Of a DNA stretch of 64,000 nucleotides, positions 38,083 through 48,616 are shown piece by piece (position 1 is the stretch's first letter; each line of letters begins with the position of its first letter). The notes below the pieces were generated by a model. That model made no database searches, had not been told where the DNA came from, and saw nothing but the letters and a program-made list of their open reading frames with translations. The position numbers were made by a program, and so were the translations under genes. Source of the stretch: Callorhinchus milii (Eukaryota); NCBI RefSeq assembly GCF_018977255.1, contig NW_024704742.1, positions 67,272,001 to 67,336,000 on the forward strand, given 5' to 3'.

Positions 38083-40940
38083 AATAATAATAATAATTCT
38101 TGCATTTGATATAGCGCCTTATCATGTCTTCGAGACTTCTCAAAGCGCTTCACAGAATATACTGTAAAGTGATTTGACTGTAAATATTGTGGGTGAAACA
38201 TGGCAGCCAATTTCACACAGCAGTGTCCCACAGACAGTCATGGATTGAATGACCAAATTGTTTTTCAGGGATTACTACCCTTGGAAAAGTGATCTGCCAA
38301 TCGACTAACAACCGGGTTCCTACTTACCACTAGGAACCTCCCCTCTTTTGAACACCTCACCCTCTCCCACCCCTCCCATCTCTCACTCAAAATCCTCCTC
38401 CTCTACCGGCCGCCTAAAACCTCTCCCACCTTCATCTCCGACATTTCTATCCTCCTATCATCTCTCTGCCTCTGCTCTGATCGTCTCATCATCCTGGGCG
38501 ATTTCAACCTCCACTTCACCCCCTCCTGCTCCATCTCCTCGGACTTCTCCTCCCTGCTCTCCTTGCTCAACCTCTCCCTCCACATCAACTCCCCCACTCA
38601 CAGTCACGGCCACCCACTCGATTTGGTGATCAGTGTCTTGGATGTCACCATTACCGACAAGGCCGTCTCCGACCACCACTTCATCTCCTTCACCACCTCC
38701 ACCCCCCCTCCCCACCTCCAACAGACCCACCACCATCTTCTATCGCCCCTGGAAGAAGTTACCCCCACAATCCCTAACCGTTGCCTTGGAGTCCTCTGAA
38801 CTCCTCTCCCTCTGGCCTTCAACCCTCACAGACCCCTCTTCTCCTCTCACCCTCCTCCACAACACCCTCTCCTCCACACTCGACACTCTTGCCCCCATCA
38901 CCTCCCGTACTGTGTCTTACTCTCGCTCCGCCCCCTGGTTCACCACCCACCTCTGCTCACTGAAGAGCCAGGTGTGGGCCGCTGAACGCACCTGTGTCAA
39001 ATCTGGCCTAACGGTCCACCAACAAATCTGGCTGGACCTCCTCAAAATCTACCGCTCCACTCTAGCCTCAGCCAAGTCGTCTTTCTGCTCCAGGATAATC
39101 CTGGACCCGTTTCCCCACCCTCTGTCACCAAACTCACCCTGTCCTTGAAACCCACCACCTGCTCCCTCGACCCCATCCCCACTCCACTCCTTATCTCCCA
39201 GCTCCACCTTCTTGCCCCACTTCTCACAGACACTATTAACCTGTCCCTCTCCTCTGGCTCTGTTCCCATTCCCCTCAAAACTGCCACCATCACGCCCACA
39301 CTGAAAAAACCCTCCCTTGATGCTATCAAGCTACCGGCCCATCTCCAACCTTTCCTTCCTGTCCAAGGTTCTCGAAAGAGTCGTCGCCTCCCAGCTGCGC
39401 TCTTTCCTCTCCACCCATTCACTTTTTGAACCCCTCCAGTCGGGTTTCTGTGCAGCCCATAGCACAGAAACTACCCTGGTCAAGGTCACTAATGACATCT
39501 TGACCATCTGCGACCAGGGCTTCCTCTGCCTCCTCATCCCCCTCGACCTATCGGACGCATTCGATATGGTCGACCACTCTATCCTCCTCCAACGCTTGTC
39601 CTCCCACCTCAACCTTCAAGGCCCTGTCCTTGAGTCGTTTAGGTCCTACCTTTCCCACCGTATTTATTTTGTCTCCGCTAACGGCTTTTCCTCCAGCCCC
39701 CGCACTGTCTCGCGCGGTGTCCCTCAGGGCTCTGTCCTCGGTCCCCTCCTCTTCACCCTCTATATGCTCCCCCTGTGGTGACATCATCCGCAGACATGGG
39801 GTTAACTTCCACATGTATGCGGATGACATCCAACTCTACCTTTCCTCTTCTACCCTCAACTCCACGACCACCGATGTCCTGACAGTCTGCCTGTCCGACA
39901 TCGAGTCCTGGACTAGAGATAACTTTCTTCAGCTTAATGTGCGCAAAACTGAAGCCCTCCTGATTGGCTCACGTCAGCGCCTCCGCACCTCAGGCACTGA
40001 CAGCATCAGCATCCAAGGCTGCACTCTCCACCTCTCAAAGCCATCAGGAACCTCGGGGTTCTGTTCGACCCTGAGCTGTCCTTTCTTCCCCACATCCGCA
40101 CCACAACTGGCACTGCCTTCCATCACCTCCGAAACATCGCCAGACTACGGCACTACCTCACCCCTCACGCTGCTGAAACTCTGGTCCACGCCTTTGTCAC
40201 CTCAAGGCTGGACTATGGGAACTCTCTCCTCGCCGGCCTTCCGGGCCCCTCCCTCCACAAGCTGCAGGTCATTCAGAGCTCTGCAGCTCGTGTACTGTCC
40301 CGCACCAGACACCGCGACCACATCCCTCCCACCCTCGCTCGCCTCCACTGGCTCCCCATCCCCCAGAGGATCGAATTCAAGATCCTCATCCTCACCTACA
40401 AGGCCATTCACGGCCTTGCTCGCTTCTACCTCTCTGACCTACTATGCCCCTACTTACCTGCCCGTAGCCTCCGTTCCTCTGGCTCCGGTTTGCTCCACGT
40501 CCCCTGCCCCAACCGCCCTACCATCGGTGGCCGGGCTTTCAGCCTCTCAGCTCCTAGGCTCTGGAACTCCATCCCCCAGTGCCTTCGCCGCTTCCTCCCT
40601 TTCCTCCTTCAAGGCCGGTCTCATGACCTTTCTCTTCAACCGTGCCTTCAGCTCCTCTCTCGACCCTCTGCCCCCTCCTCGCTCCCTCCCTTCCCTCCCC
40701 TCACTCTGACCATTTCCCCCCCAATGCTCGTGTCCCGACCCAACTGTCCAGCGCCTTGGGATGTCTTCCCGACGTGAAAGGCGCTCTATAAATGCAATCC
40801 TGTTGTTGTTGTTGTTGTAGGTAAACAGAAACGTGTGGAGTACGGAAACTTGCTTGACATTTTACCCTGCCTGGGAATCAAACCCATGTCCTCTCACTTG
40901 CGAGGCGAGCGCTCTAACCACTAAGCTGCAGGACTCTCAT
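38083..40940 (-). mobile_element. Long tRNA SINE (type A') split by the 2.5-kb L2
   Basis: 3' half at 38083-38334 and 5' half at 40818-40940. The two halves join at TAGG. Confidence 0.88.
38335..40817 (+). mobile_element. L2-clade LINE, 5'-truncated, with APE and RT remnants
   Basis: APE motifs YRPP, LGDFNLH, PTHSHGHPLDLV, SDHH. RT motifs YRPISNLSFLSKVLERVV, QSGF..HSTET, LDLSDAFDMVDH, GVPQGSVLGPLLF, YADD. Internal deletion near 39105, frameshifts, (TGT)n tail. TSD TAGG at 38331-38334 / 40818-40821. Confidence 0.95.
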
Positions 40941-41139
40941 GTAAAAAGAAAGACTATGCGGCTCGCACGATGATGTTATAGCAAATCCACTTACTATCAA
41001 GTGAATTACAGGGCAAATGACTCCTCTCATTAGGAACCTGTGCACTCAAAAGCAATTCAGCACTGGCATGTTAAACACATGTCCATTTCACAACCAGTTA
41101 CTCTCCACCGCCGTTGCAGACACTGTTGAAGTTCTAACA

Positions 41140-41365
41140 GTCTGGAAGTCTGGAACGGATTGCCTGAAAGGGTGGTGGAGGCCGATACGATAACAACTTT
41201 TAAAAACGTGATGGACGGGTATTTGAGGAGGACGGGTTTGCAGGGTTATGGGGAAAGAGCTGGGGAGTGGGATTGACATTAATTGCTCTTTTCAAAGAGC
41301 CTAACAGACTCGATGGGCCGAATGGCCTCTTTTTGTGCTGTACGATTCTATGATTCTATGATTCT
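41140..41365 (+). mobile_element. CR1 3' end with (ATTCTATG)n tail
   Basis: VWNGLPERVVEADTITTFKNVMDGYL-type C-terminus and octamer tail repeats. Confidence 0.85.
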
Positions 41366-41674
41366 AACAGCTTTGTGCTGAAGCCAAGCTAAGAAAATGA
41401 TACATTTGGGGAGAGCGACGGTAATTTTCGATCGAAGCAAGAATTCTTGGGTTAAATCAACATCGTACAAAATCATAACATTTGCAGCCCAGGAAAAAGA
41501 CCTCTGATCTTTCCCTGCTTCTATCTCCAGTCCTCTGAAAGTCCTCTATTTAGTTCCATTTCCCTATTCAATCTTGATGTTTTTTGGTCAGCCGAGTGTC
41601 TAACAGACATGAAACCCATCACCATGCTTCAGAGTAGCCAAACCAGACTGAGGTATCCACACATCCCACCTATA

Positions 41675-42270
41675 ATACAATACAAAATTACATTTGTATA
41701 GCACCTTTCACATCGGGGGGATGTTCCAAGGTGCTGGACAGTCAGAAATTTGGACCTGAGCTGGGGAGTGGGATCGGAGGGGCATGGAGGGCAGGGAGGG
41801 TGGCTGAAGGTGCGATTGAAGAAGATGGTTTTGAGACATATATTGAAGGAGGCATGGGAGGGAGCGAGGTGAAGGGAATGTGGAATGGAGTTCCAAAAGG
41901 TGGGGGCAGAAAGGCCCGACTGTTGATGGTGGGGTGGGCCGGGTGGTGGACATGGAGCAGGCCACAGTCTGCTGAGCGGAGGGAGCGGAGAGATTAATAT
42001 AGGGTTAGCAGGTCACAGAGATAGGGAGGGGCAAGGCCGTGGAGGGCCTTGAAGGCGAGGCCGAGGATTTTGAATTCTATCCTCTGGGGGATGGGGAGCT
42101 AGTGGAGCCAGGCCAGGGTGGGGGTCATGGGGTCACGGAGTCTGGTGCAGGAAAGGACATGAGCTGCAGAGTTCTGGATGATCTGCAGCTTGTGGAGGGA
42201 AGAGTTGGAAAGGCTGACAACCAGAGAGTTAGCGTAGTCGAGCCTAGATGTGATGAATATGTGGATGAGG
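41675..42270 (-). mobile_element. L2 LINE 3' fragment
   Basis: Reverse complement of the L2 3' ORF2 region and tail. Confidence 0.85.
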
Positions 42271-42472
42271 GTTTCAATTCCGACATTCTGTTGCCAAGCA
42301 TGTCACTTTGGAGCCAGTTCAGCTCCAATGAGACCCAATTGCCTCCTCCACCCCCCTTGTTACTCTCAGATCAACCTAGGGGGCAAAGATAACCCTAGGC
42401 TTCTCTTCTCCACTACCAACCACCTCCATCCTGCTCTCCAATACCCAATAACAGAGAGTTGTGGACTTAACA

Positions 42473-42830
42473 TGGAGTTCTGTAGCTTAGTGGTTAGAGC
42501 ATTTGTCTCCCAAGCTCAGTTCAATTTCCGGGCAAGGTGAAATGTTAGGAAAGTTTCCTTACTCCACATACCTCTGTTTACCTAGCAGTAAGTATCAATC
42601 CAATTGCAGATTGCTTTCTGGGGGTAATAATCCATCCAAAAAGAAAACAAAAATTTGGTCACTAAATCCACAACAGTTTGTGGGACACTGCTGTGGGCAA
42701 TTGGCTGCCGCATTTCACCCACAAAATATACACTTTACAATACATTCTGTGAAGCACTTTGAGATGTCTCGAAGACGTGATGAGGCTCTATATCAAATGC
42801 AGGGATTATTATTAATAATAGCATAATAAT
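42473..42830 (+). mobile_element. Long tRNA SINE (type A')
   Basis: Same architecture, with a small head deletion. Confidence 0.85.
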
Positions 42831-44838
42831 CCTTGAGTGAGCTCAAAGTGCTGACGTGAGACTTGAACCCACAACCTTCTGACTCAGAGGTGAGAGTGCT
42901 ACTACTGAGCTAGGATGACACATGACTTGGCAGTGCAACTGGGCCTGAGGTTATTGCCGAGGCTGTGGAATTGTCTGCCCCACATGGACCTCCTTTGGGC
43001 AATCCACACAGTAGCAGTGCATGTGGTTTGAATCATATCATTTCATAAACACATGCAAATATCTTTTGTTGCAAGCACTTACTTTCACATGGGTAGTTTT
43101 GCAGCGATAGACGTTTCTGTGCCACGCAGCAAATGCAAGTCTTTTCCGTAGGATCATGGGCTGTACAGCAAAGGGTTTGTAGAGAATGTGGGTACTGAAA
43201 GGTACCAGGGTTGGAAGGGCCAATTTGAACCTCCATCAAACAGATTGCTGTGCAGGGATAATATAAATTATTATTATTATCAATAATAATAATAGTTCTG
43301 CATTTGATTGTACACCTTCCATGTCAGGAGGACTGCAAAGCGCTTTACAGGATTTGCTGTAATGTGTAGTGACTGCATTTTGTAGGCAAAAATGACAGAC
43401 AATTCCTGCACAGCAATGTCCCACAAACAGCCGTAAGGTGAATGACCAATTTGATCTGGGGGATTGTTGGTCAGGTATATTTTGGTCAGGGAGAAACTTC
43501 CGTTTTTAAATAGTGCCATGGAATCTATGATACCCACCTGAACAGGCACAGACTGGACCTCGGTTTAACATAGGAACATAGGAAATGCTAGACGAAGTCC
43601 ATCCAAAGTTAACATCTCATCCGAAGGGCATCCAAGAATGCAGGGCTCATCAGCACTGCATTGGAGTGTCACTCTAGATGATGTAAAAGGCGTCATATCA
43701 GAAATAAGGATTATTTATTATGATACCATATTATTATTAAGCAATTTGCCCTCTTCAGCATCTACACTCAACAATTTGCAGGAGGTTCAGGGAAAGGGAG
43801 ATGAAAAAAACATTTTATTCCTTCCTGTTATTCTGTCTTGAGTTGCAATCACTTTGCCTGCTCCAGTGAAAGGTTTTGTCTGACATGATCATTCTTGATA
43901 GTCTTTTGAACCCGATAGTATATTTTGGGCGAGTAGGAAGGAGGGAGGGAGGTTGGGGTGTAAGAATGCTCAGCATTGTGTTTAATGCATATTGTTCCTG
44001 TTCTGAAGAACTCGGAACATGTAATGAGAGAATTGGCTCCTTCCTCTGCCTTTCTCTCGTTTTGCCATTTGGCTGAACATTTGAAATCCATATTTTCAGG
44101 CTCGCAATAATAATTTCCATAATTTTCCAAAGTACGGTTTAGGCCAGCTCGAATTTTGGCAATATTATTTTAACTTCCCCCACCCAACCCATTTCCCTTA
44201 ACTCTGAAGATTCAAATATCCAAAGAAAATGACTTGGACAGCAATCGCTCTCTACCGCTCACCATCTGAATTTGCTTTAAGGTATAAAAGCTAATCCGCC
44301 ACTTTGGTCTTTTCCGCGGGCTTTAATTACCATTTTTGGGCATTCTTAAATCTCTCCGTGACTAAATGGTGTTGGAATTGGGGGTCTCTGCCTTTCATCC
44401 TAGTTATTAAAAAAAGCCACGGAATTTAATTTCTTTAAGACAAACAGAAGGAAATGTGCTGCTGTTATTGCAGATCTGTGGCTATGGCTTAAAAATTCAG
44501 AAATTGGTCTTTATGTTACTTTAGTGTTACAAAGATTGATACCGTATGGAAACAGGCCATTTGGGCCGTGTCAGTGTTTAAACTCCCCACGTGCCCCCAA
44601 CCCTCTGATTCCCGTCTTCTATACCTCTAATCTGGCTCAGTTATTAGTACTGAATCAGGAGGTTGTGGATTCAAGCACCAGATCAGGTCTTGGAATTGCA
44701 TGGTCTAAGCTGACACTCCAATGCAGTGCAGGGGGTTGCGCTGCATTGTCGGAGGTGCCGTCCTTCGGATGAGATGTTAAACTGAGGTCCTGTCTGCCTA
44801 CCTATTGGATGATAATGATCCCATGGCACTCTTTGGTA

Positions 44839-45492
44839 GGGTAGTCCTAGCTCGACAAGCAGCAGGAAAGCTTGCCAGACAGTGCTCTCAATGGCAGCTA
44901 TACGGTTTTAGCTGGTTAGACTCCAACAGCACCCCAACGCGCACTCTGAAGTCCCCAAGCCACTCTGTTGCCAACCTGCGGCTAATACTTTCTGGAATTA
45001 GGTAAGCAGGATGAGTACCTCCAGGGAGAGAGTGTGCATTCCATTCCAATAAATATCTCTTGAATTTCCATGTGCAAATGGGATGCATGGAATTCTGTTT
45101 GGTTTGGATACTCTTAAGTATGTTGATGGGGTTCCGCATGTAATAATAATAATAATAATAATAATCCTTGCATTTGATATAGCACTTTTCACGTCTTCTA
45201 GACGTCCCAAAGCGCTTCACAGAATATACTGTAAAGTGAACTGACTGTATATTTGTGGGTGAACGCGGCAGCCAATTGCGCACAGCAGTGTCCCACAAAC
45301 AGTCGTGGATTGAAAATTACCAATATATTATTGTTTGTTTTGGAGGAATTATTATTAGGTGTGGAGTAAGGAAACTTGCCCAAGGTTTCGCGCTGCCTGG
45401 AATTGAACTCAGGTCTCTCACTTGCAAAGCGAGTGCTCTAACCACTGAGCTACAGGACTCCATGTATCAAATTCCCGGCTGACCAAAAAAAA
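44839..45492 (+). mobile_element. Family C repeat, split by a type A SINE
   Basis: Same sequence family, ending GGCTGACCAAAAAAAAA. Possible TTGG duplication at the junctions. Confidence 0.8.
45143..45460 (-). mobile_element. Short tRNA-Ala SINE (type A), full length
   Basis: Near-identical to other type A copies. CATGTA flanks it at 45137-45142 / 45461-45466. Confidence 0.93.
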
Positions 45493-46407
45493 ATTGGAAA
45501 CAGGATGGAGTTTCTCCCAGTGTTCTGGCCAGCAATCCCCCAATCAAAATGTGTCATTCACTTATCGGTTGTTTGTGGGATACAGCTGTATGTAAATTGT
45601 CTGCCACATTTGCCTACAATTATACAATCACTACACTTCACAATAAAATTCTGCAAAGCGCTTTGAGACATCTTGAAGATATGATAAGGCAGTAGATCAA
45701 ATGTCACCCACCCCTTGCCCTCCACCCCTCTCTGATCCCAACCTAAAGCTTGGGTTCAAATTGCCAATTGTCCAGCACCTTGGGACGTTCTCCCAACATG
45801 AAAAGTACTATACAAATACAATTTGTTGTTATTCTAAGTATTATTATTGTTAGCCCCCTTCCCCCAAAAAATACTGTGTGAGAAGCATCATAGTCAGTGC
45901 TTTGTGTTGACTGGAACTTTTCAGTATTCAAAGAGTTAATAAGCACTCCAGTCTTTGGATCTCTGGAAGAATGCCGCCCCGGACCAAGGAAATAAACATT
46001 TCCTCCTTCTTTTAATAGGATTTTTTTTGGTGGGACTTGAGAGTATAAATCACCATTATTCCGAAATGCCATTAGGTAAGACAGAATTCTGGAACACTGT
46101 GAATGAAAAACACAGTTTATGCCATTTGCACATCAACAACAATCTGGGGAATGATTCAGGTGGACTGCTATTCGCAAGTGTGAGTGTGATTTCTGTTTAA
46201 AACAATGTCCAGGATATCAGACGTGCAGGACTGAACAGGGTGAGAATGATCTCCAGAGGTCAGAGACATGAAATTTCTCATGGTCTCAGTCTTAATAACG
46301 ATCCTTGCATTTAATATAATGCCTTTCACTTTGGAAGGATGATTCAAAGGGATTTATTGTGAAGTGCAGTGACTGTGTATTTGTAGGTGAATGCGGCAGC
46401 TAATTTG

Positions 46408-46492
46408 CACACAACAATGTCCCACACACAGCAATGTCTCGCACACAGCAATGTCCCACACAACAATGTCCCACACACAGCAACATCCCACA
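46408..46492 (+). repeat. 16-18-bp minisatellite expanded from the SINE Deu motif
   Basis: About 5 copies of CACAGCAATGTCCCA(CA). Confidence 0.85.
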
Positions 46493-46643
46493 AAATGTAG
46501 CACTCCCCCATCACTGCACTAATGTCATCTTAGATTTCTGTGAGTTCAAAGTCCTGATATGGGGTTTGCCACCTACAACATGCTTATTCAGAGGAAAGAG
46601 GGCTATCAACTGAGCCAGCCTGTCATCTAAATACTTTTTGGAC

Positions 46644-46982
46644 TGGTGCCCCATAATGTAATGATTAGCGAGAGGACATGGCTTCGATTCCGTGGCAGGG
46701 CGAAACCTTAGGCAAATTCCCTTACTCCACGCTCCTCGTTTACCTAGCAAGAACCCGGTTATTAGTCAATTGGCAGATCGCTTTCCGGGGGTAATAATCT
46801 CTCACAAAAAAAATGTGGTCACTCAATGAACGACTGTTTGTGGGACACTGCTGTGCACAATTGGCTGCCGTGTTTTGCCCACAATCCACTTTACTATATA
46901 TTGCATGAAGCATTTTGAGATATCTCAACAACATAGTAAGGCACTATATCAAATGCAAGGATTATTAATATTATTATTATTA
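46644..46982 (+). mobile_element. Long tRNA SINE (type A')
   Basis: Same architecture. Confidence 0.83.
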
Positions 46983-48616
46983 CTTTTGCCTCAAAATTGC
47001 AGATCTCCTTCCCCACAGAACTTTGAAAAATTCTTAAATTCATTCTTAATTTCGGAGCCAGTTTTCCGCAGTTCTGGCCTTTAATTTAAGACTGAGTTCT
47101 TCAAAACTTCTGCATGATCTTTAATTGCAAGGTACCACATATAGAAAGCAAGAATAGGAAACATATGTACTCCATGAATGGGATGGAACTTGCCAGATGG
47201 GAAGCTGAAACAGATCTAGGGGTGGTCCTTGACTCGTCATTCGCCATAATAATAGAAATAGAGCTTTATCACATCATTCACATCACGTCTCAAAGCTCTT
47301 CACAGAATATACTGCAAAGTTAATTGACTGTATATGTTTGGTGGGCGAAACACGGCAGCCAATTGTGCACATAGCTGTTTGTGGGACCAATTTTATTTGG
47401 GGGGATTTGGTGACCAGTAGAAACTCCTTTCTCTTTTTGTTTAGTGCCATGGGATCTTTAACATCCTCCTGAACAGATGGGACCTTGGTTTAATGGCTCA
47501 AGGATGGTATGTGCTACACAGAGCTTTAAGATCACAAGATTGGTTCGGATGAAGAAGACCCTTTTCGGCCATCTGATTTCATTCCTCCAGAACACTCACC
47601 CTACCATCCTCCCATCACAGCATCAAGCTGAGTCCCAACCACCCTTCCTAGCCACCTGCTCCGGTCACTTATTACCCTCTGGGTAAAGAATATAAAAGTG
47701 CAAACTAGTGTATTAATGCTCAGCATGGGTCAGAGCTTGCAGATGGATAGCTTGAACAAGAGAACTATTTAGAATCCTTTTGCCATTTTATTCCTCTCCA
47801 ATGACATTGATTTAATGATTTTACACCGATTACAGATGCTAATGGAAGGTCTGCAGTGTATCAGGGACAGAATACATGCTTCCATCACTGGCCAGTGAAT
47901 GGACTTTTTTTTCCAAGACAGAGCATGATGAATGGGCTTAGCATATTGTTTAGCTCCACTGACAATCGGCCGCTTCACCAGCCTGTCATTATGCTTAAAT
48001 AGTCACCTCTGGGACTTAATGGGGGTCATCAATAACTAATACAAACAGTCACCCGCGATTGAGATTGATGGTGCCTGAACGAAATGTGCTTGATAATGGT
48101 TCTTAGAATTTGAATTGGCCCCACTTTTGTTCCGCAACATGGTTAATGCAATGTTTGCCCCCAAATTCAATTGCTCAAATATTTCTGTAATTTCTCTGTG
48201 CTGGGAGCAGTGGTGACCCTTGGACTGTGACCCTCAAGAGGGTGGGAGGTGGCAGGTCAATGGAGCAAAGCGCCACAACAGGGCCAGACATAAGAACATA
48301 AGAATTTGCTAGGTGAAAGGAGACCAAGGTCCATCCAGTTCATCTTCCCCCGTCCTGGCAGTCGCTTGCACATGTCACAAACTGTATACTGTACAGCAGG
48401 AGTGCCCAACCTTTTTTGGGTGAAGGGTTAATGGGAGAAGTTTTGAATACACAGTGAGCCCTCTATCAATTTATGTGTATGAACCAAACAAAGTAGTACA
48501 GAACAAAAGGGAATAAAATTCTCAATTTAAAAATTAGGGACATTATAAACATGTATATTATATACTATGTATGTGTATAACATTTAAAATCAAACAGAAA
48601 GTCAATTTAGTTATGA

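Larger units (their letters stand above)
44630..45705 (+). mobile_element. DeuSINE (type B) hosting a family-C element, which in turn hosts a type A SINE
   Basis: 5' half at 44630-44838; 3' half at about 45493-45705. Confidence 0.85.

Noticed and set aside
39630..40709. Longest ORF (359 aa)
   Set aside because: A frameshift mosaic of L2 ORF2. Only the central YADD segment is in the RT frame, and the rest is off-frame S/P-rich translation.
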